Source: Squalus acanthias
Taxonomy: Eukaryota
DNA length: 64,000 nt
Reading direction: 5' to 3'
Assembly: GCA_030390025.1 (NCBI GenBank)
Contig: JASTWF010000336.1
Coordinates: 310,001 to 374,000, forward strand
The translations under genes were made by a program, and so were the position numbers. Below are positions 11,371 through 23,794 of this stretch, piece after piece. Within the stretch, counting starts at the first letter, position 1. Each line of letters starts with the position of its first letter. The notes beneath the pieces are model-generated. The model made no database searches. It saw only the letters and a list, made by a program, of their open reading frames with translations, and was not told the origin of the DNA.

Positions 11371-14300
11371 TATGGCAGGGGGCTAGAAACCTATGTAGTG
11401 AAATAGAGGAAAGTGAAAGGCAGACAGAAATAAATGGTAAAAGGGTGAGGAACAAAAAACAAAGGGCCAAACTAATTCATAAAAAATGTGAGCATAAAAA
11501 AAGCCTGAGGGTTTTATACCTTAATGCGAGAAGCATCAGGAACAAGGTAGATGAATTAGCTGTGGAAATAGAGGTTAATAATTATGATCTAATTGGGATT
11601 ACGGAAACATGGTTGCAGGGTGAGCAGGGATGGGAGCTTAACATACAGGGGTATTCAGTATTTAGGAAGGATCGACAAAAAAGAAAGGGAGGAGGGGTAG
11701 CATTGCTGGTAAAAGAGGGGATAAATGCAATTGAAAGGAAGGATATTAACTCAGTTAATACAGAATCTATATGGGTGGAGCTAAGAAATAGCGAGGGGCG
11801 AAAAACTTTAATAGGAGTGGTATATAGGCCTCCAAATAGTAAAATAGAGGTTGGGGAGGGCATCACGAGGGAAATTAGAGAAGCGTGCAATAAGAGCACA
11901 GCTGTCATCATAGGTGACTTTAACTTACATATAGATTGGACTAGCCTTATCAGTAAAAATAATGAGGAGGAGGAATTCCTTGAGTGTTTAAGGGATGGTT
12001 ATCTGGATCAATATGTCGAGGAACCAACTCGGGAACAGGCTATATTGGACTGGGTACTGTGCAATGAGAAGGGACTAATTAGTAATCTTGTTGTACGGGG
12101 ACCCTTGGGTCAGAGCGATCATAACATGATCGATTTCTCACTCGAAATGGAGAGCGAAGAAATTGACTCAGAGACTAAGGTCCTGAATTTAAACAAGGGG
12201 AATTATGATGCCATTAGACGGGAACTGAGTAGGTCTGATTGGACAACGTTCCTGGGAGGACTGGAGGTAGATAAACAATGGCAAGCATTTAAAGATAGAA
12301 TGATAAAATTGCAAAATTTGTTTATACCAATCTGGCATAAAAGGAAATCTAAAAAGGTGACTCAACCGTGGATAACAGGGGAAATTAGAGAAAGCATAAA
12401 ATCCAAAGATAGGGCGTATAAAATAGCCAAAAAAAGCGCCAGAGCGGAAGATTGGGAACAGTTTAAGATAGAGCAAAGGAAGACAAAGGGCTTAATCAAG
12501 AGGGGCAAAATAGCTTACGAAAGCAAGCTGGCGGAAAATATAAAAACTAACTCCAAAAGCTTTTATAAGTATATCAAGAGGAAAAGACTGGTGAAAACCA
12601 AAGTTGGTCCATTGCAGTCAGATACGGGGGAATATATAATGGGAAATAAGGAAATGGCAGACCAACTAAATGCATACTTTGGGTCAGTCTTTACGAAGGA
12701 AGACACAAAAAACCTCCCTGGGATATCGGGAAAAATAGGGACATTGGCAAAGGAGGAACTGATGCAAATCAATATCTCTAAGGATATGGTGTTAAGGAAG
12801 CTAAAGGGATTGAAGGCGGACAAATCCCCAGGGCCTGATAACATGCATCCTAGGGTACTGAAGGAGGTGGCACTAGAGATAGCGGATGCACTAAGTATGA
12901 TTTTTCAGAATTCATTAGACTCGGGAACGGTGCCCATGGATTGGAGGGTAGCTAACGTTACCCCACTATTCAAAAAGGGGGGTAGGGAAAAAGCAGGTAA
13001 TTACAGACCTGTAAGCCTTACATCAGTTGTGGGCAAAATGCTGGAGTCCATCATTAAGGATGAAATAGCGGAGCACTTAGCAAATGGGGACAGGATAGGA
13101 CAGAGTCAACATGGATTTACAAAGGGTAAATCGTGCTTGACTAACCTATTGGAATTTTTTGAGGGAGTAACTGGTAAAATAGATGAGGGAGAGTCAGTGG
13201 ATGTGGTGTACCTGGACTTCCAAAAGGCCTTTGATAAGGTCCCACATAAAAGATTAGCATGGAAAATTGAAGCTCATGGGATAAAGGGGCAAGTATTGAC
13301 GTGGATAGAGAACTGGCTGTCAGATAGAAAACAGAGAGTTGGAATAAACGGCTCATTTTCTGAATGGCAGGCAGTAACAAGCGGGGTACCACAGGGATCT
13401 GTCCTGGGTCCCCAGCTGTTCACAATTTACATTAATGACCTGGATCAGGGAGTCGGATGCAGCATTTCCAAATTTGCAGACGACACCAAACTAGGAGGGG
13501 GGGTGGGCTCAGAGGAGGAGATCAGGAAGCTCCAGAGCGATTTGGACAGACTGGGTGTTTGGGCGGATAAATGGCAGATGCACTATAATGTGGACAAGTG
13601 CGAAGTTATCCACCTTGGGTGCAGGAACGGGAGGGCAAATTATTATTTAAATGGCAATAAATTGGGAGAGGGGGAAGTACAGAGAGACCTGGGTGTTCTT
13701 GTACACCAGTCACTGAAGGCGAGCATGCAGGTGCAACAGGCGGTCAAGAAGGCAAACGGTATGCTGGCCTTCATAGCAAAAGGGTTGGAATACAGGAACA
13801 GGGATACCTTGCTGCAGCTGTACAGGGCACTGGTGAGACCACACCTCGAGTACTGTGTACAGTTTTGGTCGCCTCATCTGAGGAAAGATGTTCTTGCCAT
13901 GGAGGGGGTGCAGCGGCGATTCACCAGGCTGATACCAGGAATGGCGGGATTGACCTATGAGGAGAGACTATGTAGTTTAGGGATGTACACACTGGAGTTT
14001 AGAAGATTGAGAGGGGACCTCATAGAAGTGTATAAAATTCTGACAGGTCTAGACAGACTAGATGCAGAAGGAATGTTTCCCTTGGCGGGTGAGAACAGAA
14101 CTAGAGGACATAATTTAAGGATAAGGGCTAAACCATTTAGGACAGAAATGAGGGGAAATTTCTTCACTCAGAGAGTGGTGAACCTGTGGAACTCATTGCC
14201 ACAGAGGGCAGTGTACGCCAGCTCATTAAATATATTTAAGAGGGAATTAGATATATTTCTACAGGCAAAAGGGGTTAAGGGTTACGGAGAGAAGGCGGGG

Positions 14301-14411
14301 ACGGGATACTGAATTGGAGGATCAGCCATGATCACATTAAATGGCGGAGCAGGCTCGAAGGGCCGGATGGCCTACTCCTGCTCCTATCTTCTATGTATCT
14401 ATGTATCTATG
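11042..14411 (+). mobile_element. Nested CR1 LINE with 3' part of ORF1 and complete ORF2
   Basis: Interrupts the outer CR1 at TACAAGGTA|TTGGTGAG. Has its own 3' UTR hairpin and (TCTATGTA)n tail at 14340-14414. Confidence 0.95.
11445..14312 (+). CDS. CR1 ORF2: APE endonuclease + reverse transcriptase, uninterrupted, 955 aa
   Basis: Motifs LNARSI, ITETW, YRPP, GDFN, SDHN, KSPGPD, YRPVSL, DFQKAFD, GVPQGSVLGP, FADD. The frame is open from 11361. The first in-frame ATG is only at 12126. Confidence 0.95.
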   Translation: MRNKKQRAKLIHKKCEHKKSLRVLYLNARSIRNKVDELAVEIEVNNYDLIGITETWLQGEQGWELNIQGYSVFRKDRQKRKGGGVALLVKEGINAIERKDINSVNTESIWVELRNSEGRKTLIGVVYRPPNSKIEVGEGITREIREACNKSTAVIIGDFNLHIDWTSLISKNNEEEEFLECLRDGYLDQYVEEPTREQAILDWVLCNEKGLISNLVVRGPLGQSDHNMIDFSLEMESEEIDSETKVLNLNKGNYDAIRRELSRSDWTTFLGGLEVDKQWQAFKDRMIKLQNLFIPIWHKRKSKKVTQPWITGEIRESIKSKDRAYKIAKKSARAEDWEQFKIEQRKTKGLIKRGKIAYESKLAENIKTNSKSFYKYIKRKRLVKTKVGPLQSDTGEYIMGNKEMADQLNAYFGSVFTKEDTKNLPGISGKIGTLAKEELMQINISKDMVLRKLKGLKADKSPGPDNMHPRVLKEVALEIADALSMIFQNSLDSGTVPMDWRVANVTPLFKKGGREKAGNYRPVSLTSVVGKMLESIIKDEIAEHLANGDRIGQSQHGFTKGKSCLTNLLEFFEGVTGKIDEGESVDVVYLDFQKAFDKVPHKRLAWKIEAHGIKGQVLTWIENWLSDRKQRVGINGSFSEWQAVTSGVPQGSVLGPQLFTIYINDLDQGVGCSISKFADDTKLGGGVGSEEEIRKLQSDLDRLGVWADKWQMHYNVDKCEVIHLGCRNGRANYYLNGNKLGEGEVQRDLGVLVHQSLKASMQVQQAVKKANGMLAFIAKGLEYRNRDTLLQLYRALVRPHLEYCVQFWSPHLRKDVLAMEGVQRRFTRLIPGMAGLTYEERLCSLGMYTLEFRRLRGDLIEVYKILTGLDRLDAEGMFPLAGENRTRGHNLRIRAKPFRTEMRGNFFTQRVVNLWNSLPQRAVYASSLNIFKRELDIFLQAKGVKGYGEKAGTGY

Positions 14412-15269
14412 TATTGGTGAGACCGCACCTGGAATACTGCATACAGTTTTGGTGTCCTTACTTAAGGAAAGATATCCTTGCTCTCGAGGCCGTGCAAAAA
14501 AGGTTCACTCGGTTAATCCCGGGGATGAGGGGGTGGTCATATGAGGAGAGGTTGGGTAGATTGGGACTCTACTCATTGGAGTTCAGAAGAATGAGAGGCG
14601 ATCTTATTGAAACATATAAGATTGTGAAGGGGTTGGATCGGGTGGATGCGGGGAGGATGTTCCCGATGACGGGTGAGACTAGAACTAGGGGACATAGTCT
14701 TAGAATAAGGGGCTGCTCTTTCAAAACTGAGATGAGGAGGAACTACTTCACTCAGAGGGTGGTAGGTCTATGGAATATGCTGCCACAAAAAGCTGTAGAA
14801 GCTACAACATTAATTAAATTTAAAACAGAAATAGACAGTTTCCTAGAAGTAAAGGGCATTAAGGGTTACGGGGAGCGGGCAGGAATTTGGACATGAGTCT
14901 AGGTTCGGATCGGTCATGGCCCTGTGTGTAGTGGAGCGGGCCCAGTGTGCAATTCTGTTAGATGCAGGAGATGGTTCTGTGATAGATAGTAGATTGGCGG
15001 TTAGGATCAGATCAGCCATGATCTTATTGAATGGCGGAGCAGGCTCGAGGGGCCGATTGGCCTACTCCTGCTCCTATTTCTTATGTTCTTATGTTCTTAT
15101 GTTCTTAATGAGGAGGGAGAAAACAGAGATACTGGAGGGGCCGGGAGCTGACAGCAGGATGTCTCCGCCCCGTCCGCTCGCTGCCTTTAAGTTGCTCTGT
15201 GTCGCCGCCTCTTGTTTCATTTCTGACCCAGCTCTGACTGTCAGAGAGAGTTTCTACAGAGTCGCGGAC

Positions 15270-15953
15270 ATGACTGAGACTGCAGCCGCCGAAACGGCTC
15301 CTCCTGCCGCCGTCGCTCAAAACAAGTCTCCCATCAAGAAGAAGAAGCTGGCTCCCCGCTCCAAGACAACCGGTCCCACGTTGGGCGAGCAGATCCTCAA
15401 GGTTGTGGCGAGTGGCAGCGGTCGCAAGGGGATGTCGCTGGCCGCAATAAAGAAGGCTCTGGCTGCCAACGGCGTCGATGTGCAGAAGTTCCGGTCCCAG
15501 ATCATTTTAAGTATCAAGAGGAAAGTGGGAAACGGCTCCCTGGAGCAGACCAAGGGCACGGGCGCCGCGGGCTCCTTCAGGCTCGCTAAGAAGGAATCCC
15601 AACCGAAAGAGGGAGAGACGGTGAGGAAACCGGCTGCCAAGAAATCTGCAGTAAAGAAACCAGCAGCCAAGAAATCTCCAGCCAAGAAACCAGCAGCCAA
15701 GAAATCTCCAGCCAAGAAAACGATCGCCAAGAAAACGATCGCCAAGAAGGCACCAACATCAAAAAAGTCAGCGAAAGTGGCGGCTGGGAAGAAGAAGGCG
15801 GCGGCGAAGAAGCCCAAGAGCCCCAAGAAGACCACAGGCGGAATGGTGAAGGCGGCCAAGAAGGTGGAAAAACCGAATGCCAAGCCCAAATCAGCAAAGT
15901 CTCAGAAAGCAGCGACCAAAAGAAACTATAAAGGACAACTTGTAAACATCTGA
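15270..15953 (+). CDS. H1: Histone H1 (copy 1); normal stop lost, giving a short C-terminal extension
   Basis: MTETAAAETAPPA...SLAAIKKALAANG...QTKGTGAAGSFRL plus a Lys/Ala/Pro tail with KSPAK repeats, followed by a histone stem-loop. The ORF-track start at 14916 lies in CR1 sequence. Confidence 0.93.
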   Translation: MTETAAAETAPPAAVAQNKSPIKKKKLAPRSKTTGPTLGEQILKVVASGSGRKGMSLAAIKKALAANGVDVQKFRSQIILSIKRKVGNGSLEQTKGTGAAGSFRLAKKESQPKEGETVRKPAAKKSAVKKPAAKKSPAKKPAAKKSPAKKTIAKKTIAKKAPTSKKSAKVAAGKKKAAAKKPKSPKKTTGGMVKAAKKVEKPNAKPKSAKSQKAATKRNYKGQLVNI

Positions 15954-15960
15954 ACCCAAA

Positions 15961-16001
15961 GGCTCTTTTCAGAGCCGCCCAAGTCTTTCCAAAAAGAGCT
16001 G
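15961..16001 (+). terminator. Histone 3' stem-loop and downstream element (H1 copy 1)
   Basis: GGCTCTTTTCAGAGCC at 15961-15976, then GCCCA and AAAAGAGCTG. Confidence 0.92.
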
Positions 16002-16735
16002 ATCGCGGAATCAAATGATCCATGTCCCGGGTCCGGGCTCAGACTCCCGATTGAAATCATTTCAAATGAACCCCGGCTCCCTGGTGACTCGCTGACATTC
16101 GCTGCACCCACCCCTCCCCCAGTGTCTAATAAATCAGAGAGAATGGGATGTCCGGGCCGGGCCTCACTCTAACTGGGGGGGTGTTCGGCTCCAGTCTCAG
16201 TTCATGGTCATTTTCAGTTCACAGGTTCAGGGTGAGAGTCTCTGTGAGACGGTGACACTGGCGGAGATACCCCGCGTCACAACTCACACCCCAACACATG
16301 AGATTCTCCAAATCAGCTGGAATAAGGTGTTTGTAAACTGCTGAACCCGTCTGTGAGGGCAGTGTGGGGAGATGGAATAATGGCAGAGATTGACATGGAA
16401 GGAGACGGGTTGACTTGTGATAGAAGGGACAGGATATCGGCGGGAATATTACTGATTGTTAATTGTAACGCGAGGTTATTTAAAAGATTCTGGTTTCAGG
16501 AAACCCTTGAATATGAAGTCCGAGTTTGTAAGGGTTTGTGCGGAGCGCTGGGTTTCGATTCTATTGTCGATAAACGGTTTGAAATTGGCGGTTGGAGAAA
16601 GCTGGAGGTGCAGCTGGAAGATCAGAGGCCGCTCTCTGCTCTGTCTGTCACTCTTGAAACTGTCTCCTCCCCTCCCGCTCTCTCTGTTTAATCTCTCACT
16701 CTGTCTCCTCCCCTCCCCGCCTCTCTCACTCTGCG

Positions 16736-16772
16736 CTTTCTCAGTCAGGTCGGAGTCGGCTATCTATAAGAG
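16736..16772 (+). promoter_or_regulatory. H4 proximal promoter: HINFP-site-like element + TATA
   Basis: ctttctcagtcAGGTCGG...ctataag. The paralogous H4 on the minus strand has tttctcagccAGGTCCG...gtataaat at ~27558-27590. Confidence 0.6.
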
Positions 16773-16816
16773 CAGCCAGAAGCAGTCCGTTTCTCATTCA
16801 GCAGAAGTTTGAGTGA

Positions 16817-17137
<321 letters not shown>

Positions 17138-18327
17138 ACAACTCGACTCTTTCCCCCAAACACAACACAAAGGCTCTTTGAAGAGCCACCCACCGCCTCA
17201 CAGAGAGAGCAGTGACCTGAGAACGGGAGCTGGGGTAGATTGTGCTCAAAAGTGGATTGTCGTCAGAAATATTTGTAACGGATTTGCGCTGTGTTCTGAA
17301 TTTTGGAATCTGAATTTCGCTTTCGGTTGCACCAGATTTATTGAAAGTTTTTCCCCAGACGGGAGATGCTCCCTCGGTGAAAAATCACATCACATCACAT
17401 TTGTTCATTGTGTTATTCTATAATAATTATCTGGCTGGTCGGGCAGGAGCCGTTGAATGGGTCACTGAAATGAGTCCAACATGTGAATTATTTCCCGCCA
17501 GACGGTGATATTCGGCACTGATACTGACAGGGTTTGTGAAATTGAACAATTTCAGCTCAGTTATTCGGCGTCTGAAATTACCGCGGTTTTTGAACCCGCT
17601 CTAACCCGAGCTTACTTCTGATTGGCGGTCCGCGTCACAATACCATTTCTTAACCAATCGCAGAGCCGCAGATTAGAAAATAAGCACATCATTGGTTGAA
17701 ATTGTCGACCTAGCAAAATGTTTGAAATTTTTTGTATTTGAAAAAGCCCGCCAATTCCAGTGCCGGAAAGAAGCGAATTAATCGAAAGTCAAATTTCCAG
17801 GGAACGATTTTAAAATCTCGGGCCTTTCGTTCTGTTATTCTCGGTTCACCGTCACACATTCCTGGCGCTGTTCCACGAACAGGGTTAATTTGTCAGCCTC
17901 TTATCTGTAACAGGCGGCAATAAGTCTCCACTCAGCAATCTAAAATGTGCCGAGTATCAGATCGCTCACTGCACAGTTACCGAATGACAGATTATTGGCC
18001 AAGCCCTTCTCACAGGCTCCACGGGGATAGAGAGAAGCGACTGATTTCTGATCCTCGCCCCTGAAAGCGGCGGCTATTGTCACAATCGGACGGGCGGAGG
18101 GAAAATCTGAATCGGCTTGAGAGGAGAGGAATAGCGGGAGATTGGCGCGGGACCCTTTCCCCGCTCCTGTCAGCATCAACAGCCCAGAGTGCGGGCAATT
18201 GGAAGGGCTCTAAAGCACTAAGCCGAGGAAGTTACATTTAAAACGTTCACTGATTCTGTTAATGATCATGTCAATTATTGCAGAATAAAATCGATTCGTG
18301 TCAAAACGGTTATTTCCTGCACTAAAA

Positions 18328-18482
18328 TTGGCGGTCTTTTTGAAATGGGCGATTAATCACAGCTCAGCCAATCGGGGCCTGAGTTTCCAGCGTTTCATTG
18401 ATTGGTCAGAGTTGGGTATAAAGTGGGTGGGCGCCGTTCTCCAGCCAATCAGTGCTCGGGGCGGTCCCGCACTGGGTATAAC
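18328..18482 (+). promoter_or_regulatory. H3 promoter: CDE/E2F-CHR element, three CCAAT boxes, TATA
   Basis: TTGGCGG-TCTT-TTTGAA at 18328-18344. CCAAT at 18368, ATTGG at 18401, CCAAT at 18445, TATAA at ~18477. Confidence 0.7.
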
Positions 18483-18539
18483 AAGGCGGACACAGCAAAT
18501 TCCGCATTAACAGTCCGCGTGTTCCAGATTGTGCTGTGA

Positions 18540-18962
<423 letters not shown>

Positions 18963-19780
18963 ACTCACCCTGCCCGGCTCCAGACTTTAGCACCAAATAC
19001 AACAAAGGCTCTTTTAAGAGCCACCAAATCAGCACAGGAAAGAGCTGCGATCGGCGCAAAGCAAACTGATCTGTACACACACCGTCCCAGTCTTGTAGTG
19101 GTACTGGAACTGGGCATTTATAACGTGGGCTGAGCACACACCTGAATAATGTGGGTGGGAAACTAGAAGTAGGAGCTCTGGTAGTTAATTGCCCCCACTC
19201 CACATACCGTGACAGAGAATGAGGTGGCTGAGGTCTGAATCTCACCTATAAATCAGCTCTTGTTGCGGCGACAGGTGGGAACCTCAGTTAATATTTGGAA
19301 TATTTTAAATTAACCGGAGCTGTAATGCTGGCTCCATCCTGTCTAAATTAAAAGGGAAAATAATTGTATTCAGGATGTATATACTTCTCCCCATGGCATT
19401 ATTGCCCCCTAACTGCCCATCAACAACTCCTTTATACTCGGTTCTCCGACAGAGTGTTCAATGCCGCCCACGCTCTCAAATTTCCGTTGGTTGTTTTTCT
19501 CTGAAGCCGGTCCAATCACTGATCTGAATAGCCGGTAACAGCAAACCTGCGGCAGTGTGTGTGGATCTAGATTTCAACATGTCCGACAGTGTCCTGTTCA
19601 TAACCGAGAATGTCATTCATTTGTGATCAGGAAACTCCCAGCTTAATCGCAGAAATTCAATGTTTAATTAAATCTGGGATAAGTGCGATTCATATAACAG
19701 AACAAGGAGCAGCCCTTTCTCAGATACAGTGCGTAGCTCTGAAAAGAGCCTTTGGGTTATTAGATTGAATCTTGTCCGCT

Positions 19781-20182
<402 letters not shown>

Positions 20183-20224
20183 TCAAGTCAGACAAAGACT
20201 AAGAATCTCCTCTCACATCCGCCC

Positions 20225-20403
20225 TACTTATACCTTCCTGAGGAATGCAGGGAGTGAGCTATTGATTGGTCGCTCTGTGGTGAATTTCATTGGTCCTTTC
20301 CGGTGGCCAATCACAGCCTGTTTCTCCCGCCAATGAAAAGAGGGCGGAAATAACTGTCAACAGTCAGACCGCCAACGATTTCAAAATTCAAAAAGCCCGC
20401 CAA
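20225..20403 (-). promoter_or_regulatory. H2A promoter: TATA, CCAAT boxes, E2F-like sites and CDE-CHR
   Basis: TATAAG at ~20227-20232 on the minus strand, ATTGG/CCAAT at ~20265-20312, and TTCAAAAAGCCCGCCAA at 20387-20403. Paralogous to 29466-29644. Confidence 0.65.
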
Positions 20404-20492
20404 TATTTTCCTAAACTGGAGAATTAATTAAATAAATTCACCATTAGCCAAATATTTTCGAACTTTTTAAAATTCTTTTTGCCTTATTCCAT

Positions 20493-23216
20493 TTTAACAG
20501 CACAAATAGATGTAAACGGATACAATATAATTACAATTACGGAGACGTGGTTGCAGGGTGACCAAGGCTGGGAGCTGAATATCCAAGGATATTCGATATT
20601 TAGGAAGGACAGGCGAAAAGGAAAAGGAGGTCGGGTGGCCTTGTTAGTAAAGGATGAAATCAGAGCAATAGTGAGAAAGGATATTGGATCAGAAAATCAA
20701 GATGTAGAATCAGTCTGGGTGGGGCTAAGAAGCACCAAGGGGCAGAAAGCATTGGTGGGAGTTGTCTATAGGCCTCCAAACAGTAGTGGTAATGTAGATG
20801 ACGGCATCAAACAGGAAATTAGAGATGCATGTAACAAGGGTACTACAGTAATCATGGGTGACTTTAATCTACATATAGACTGGCCAAACCAAATTAGCAA
20901 TAATACTGTGGAGTGTGTACGAGATTTTTTTAGACCAGTAGGGAAGAGTGACCATAACATGATAGAATTCTTCATTAAAATGGAAAGTGAAGAAGTCTAA
21001 TCCGAAACTAGGGTCCTAAATCTAAACAAAGGAAACTACGATGGTATGAGGAGTGAGTTGGCTATGATAGATTGGGGAGCTTCATTAAAAGACATGGGTA
21101 GGCAATGGCTAACATTTAAGGAACGAATGCACGAATTGCAACAGTTATACATTCCTTTCTGGCGCAAAAACACAAAGTAAAAGCGGCCCAACCATGGCCA
21201 GCAAAATAAATTAAGGATAGTATTCGATCCAAAGAGGAGTCATTTAAAGTTGCCAGAAAAAGTAGCAAGCCTGAGGAGTGGGAGCTGTTTAGAGTTCAGC
21301 AAAAAAGGACCAATAGATTGATTAAGTGGGGAAAAATAGAATATGAGAGTAAACTTACAAGGAACATAAAAGCGGATTGTAAAAGCTTCTACAAGTATGT
21401 AAAAGGAAGTGAGTAGTGAAGACAAATGTAGGTCCCTTACAGTCAGAAACGAGATATTTTTTAATGGGGAACAAGGTAATGGCTGAGCAATTAAACAAAT
21501 ACTTTGGTTCTGTCTTCACAGAAGAGGACACAAATAACTTCCCAGAAATGCTAGGGAACCAAGGGTCTAGTGAGAAGGAGGAATTAAAGGAAATTAGTAT
21601 TAGTAAAAAAACAGTGCTGGAGAAATTAATGGGACTGAAACTAATAAATCCCCAGGGACTGATAATCTGCATCCCAGAGTACTAAAAGAGCTAGCCATGG
21701 AAATAGTGGAGGCATTGGTTGTCATGTAGAAAATTCTATAGATTATTGAACAGTTCCTGCAGATTGGAGGGTGGCAAATGTAACCCCACTATTTAAAAAA
21801 GGAGGGAGAGAGAAAACAGGGAACTACAGATCGGTTTGCCTAACATCAGCAGCAGGGTAAATGCTAGAGTTTATTATAAAGGATGTGATAACAGGACACT
21901 TAGAAAATATCAACGGGATTAGACAAAGTCAACATGGATTTATGAAAGGGAAATCGTGTTTGACAAACCTACTGGAGTTTTTTGAGGATGTAACTGCTAG
22001 AATAGATAAGGGAGAACCAGTGGATGCTGTGTATTTGGATTTTCAGAAGGCCTTTGATAAAGTTCCAAATAAGATGTTAGTGTGCAAAATTAAAGCATAT
22101 GGAATTGGGAGATTGAATGGAAAATTGGTTAACAGACAGGAAACAGAGAGTAGGAATAAATGGCTCTTTTTTGGGTTGTCAGGTGTTGACTAGTGGGGTA
22201 CCGCAGGGATCAGTGTTTGGGTCCCAACTATTCACCATATATATCAATGATTTGGATGAGGGAACCAAATGTAATATTTCCAAGTTTGCTGACGACACGC
22301 AACTAGGTGGGATTGTGAGTTGTGAGGAGGATGCAAAGAGGCTTCAAGGCGATTTAGACAAGTTGAGTGAGTGGGCAAATACATGGCAGATGCAGTATAA
22401 CGTGGATGAATGTGAAGTTATCCACTTTGGTCGGAAAAACAGAAAGGTAGAGTATTACTTAAATGGTGATAGATTGGGAAATGCTGATGTACAGAGGGAT
22501 CTGGGTGTCCTGTACAACAGTCACTGAAAGCAATCATGCAGGTGCAGGAAGCAGTTAGGAAGGCAAATGGTATGTTGGCCTTCATTGAAAGAGGATTTGA
22601 GTACAGGTGCAAGGATGTCTTACTATAGTTGTACAGGGCCTTGGTGAGACCACACCTGGAGTACTGTGTGCAGTTTTGGTCTCCTTACCTAAGAAAGGAT
22701 ATACTTGCTGTAGAGGGAGTGCAGCGAAGGTTCACCAGACTGATTCCTGGGATGGCAGGACTGTCGTATGAGGAGAGATTGGGTCGACTAGGCCTGTATT
22801 CACTGGAGTTTAGAAGAATGAGAGGGGATCTCATTGAAACGTATAAAAGTCTGACAGGGCTAGACACACTGGATGCAGGGAGGATGTTTCCCCTGGCTGG
22901 GGGGCCTAGTACGACGAGTCACAGTCTCAGGATATGGGATAGGACATTTAGGACTGAGATGAGGAGAAATTTCTTCACTCAGAGTGTGGTGAACCTGTGG
23001 AATTCTCTACCACAGAAGGCTGTGGAGGCCAAGTCACTGAATATATTTAAGAAGGAGATAGATAGATTTCAAAACACAAAAGGCATCAAGGGTTATGGGG
23101 AGAGAGTGGGAATATGGTATTGAGATAGAGGATCAGCCATGATCATATTGAATGGCGGAGCAGGCTCGAAGGGGCGAATGGCCTACTCCTGCTCCTATTT
23201 TTCTATGTTTCTATGT
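20493..23216 (+). mobile_element. Decayed CR1 LINE (APE+RT remnants) in the H2A-H2B spacer
   Basis: Fragmented ORF2 pieces (20479, 21416, 21861, 22117, 22629) and a 3' tail at ~23200. About 60 bp of spacer is missing at the site compared with 29733-29790. Confidence 0.93.
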
Positions 23217-23794
23217 AACAGGCGGTAATCGATCCCCATTGATTCTGTAACGGGACACATTCCAGCTCAATCTTTGTAAAAGTGAGGTTTCACAGATTAT
23301 CGATTGATCCTTTGCACAGGCGCTGCTGCGGGAGTGAAGCCAGAACTGGGAGTCCTTCTGTGTGAAAAGAGAAGAGGGACAGAGTGTTCAAACTGTCCCG
23401 GTTCTGGTCTCTGTAAGAACTCCCATTCTGGGTAGTTACAATGCAGGAGAACGACCAATAACAAAAGAGACCCTCACCTGTCCTTCTGCCCTGATGCTGC
23501 CTTTATCAGACCGTCTGATTTAACACGTTTCTTATTTGTAACTGCTGCTTTAAATACAGTAATTATTTTAGTATTACCTTCCCCTGGAGTATCCACAGCA
23601 CTGTTTGTGACCTGAACTCTGCTCTTCTCCCTTTTTTGTGTATCTAACTACCATTTTTACTACTGTTTCTGACTGAGAACAGATTTATTAGTTTAAAGTC
23701 CTTTTTCATTCTATGGGAGATGATGAAAGTTTTTTGTCAATTGTAATTTAGAAATGGCAGAGGCAATTATTTTGTTATACAATCCTGCTGCTGG

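Larger units (their letters stand above)
9344..15104 (+). mobile_element. Young 5'-truncated CR1 (outer element), split at 11041/14412 by a nested CR1 and inserted in the H1 promoter
   Basis: ORF 9395-11041 resumes at 14412 (VLVRPHLEYC) and ends at 14896. It is near-identical to the uninterrupted copy at 58434-60304. The empty site GAGAGTTAATGAGGAG is at 42490-42505, with TTAAT on both sides of the insert. Tail is (TTCTTATG)n. Confidence 0.95.

Noticed and set aside
14916..15269. 345-aa N-terminally extended H1
   Set aside because: The extension runs through a CR1 3' UTR and the promoter. The real start is MTETA at 15270, and likewise 42661 for the 265-aa ORF.
15317..15889. Hydrophobic antisense ORF (also 42708-43307)
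   Set aside because: It is the antisense reading of Lys/Ala codons in the H1 tail.
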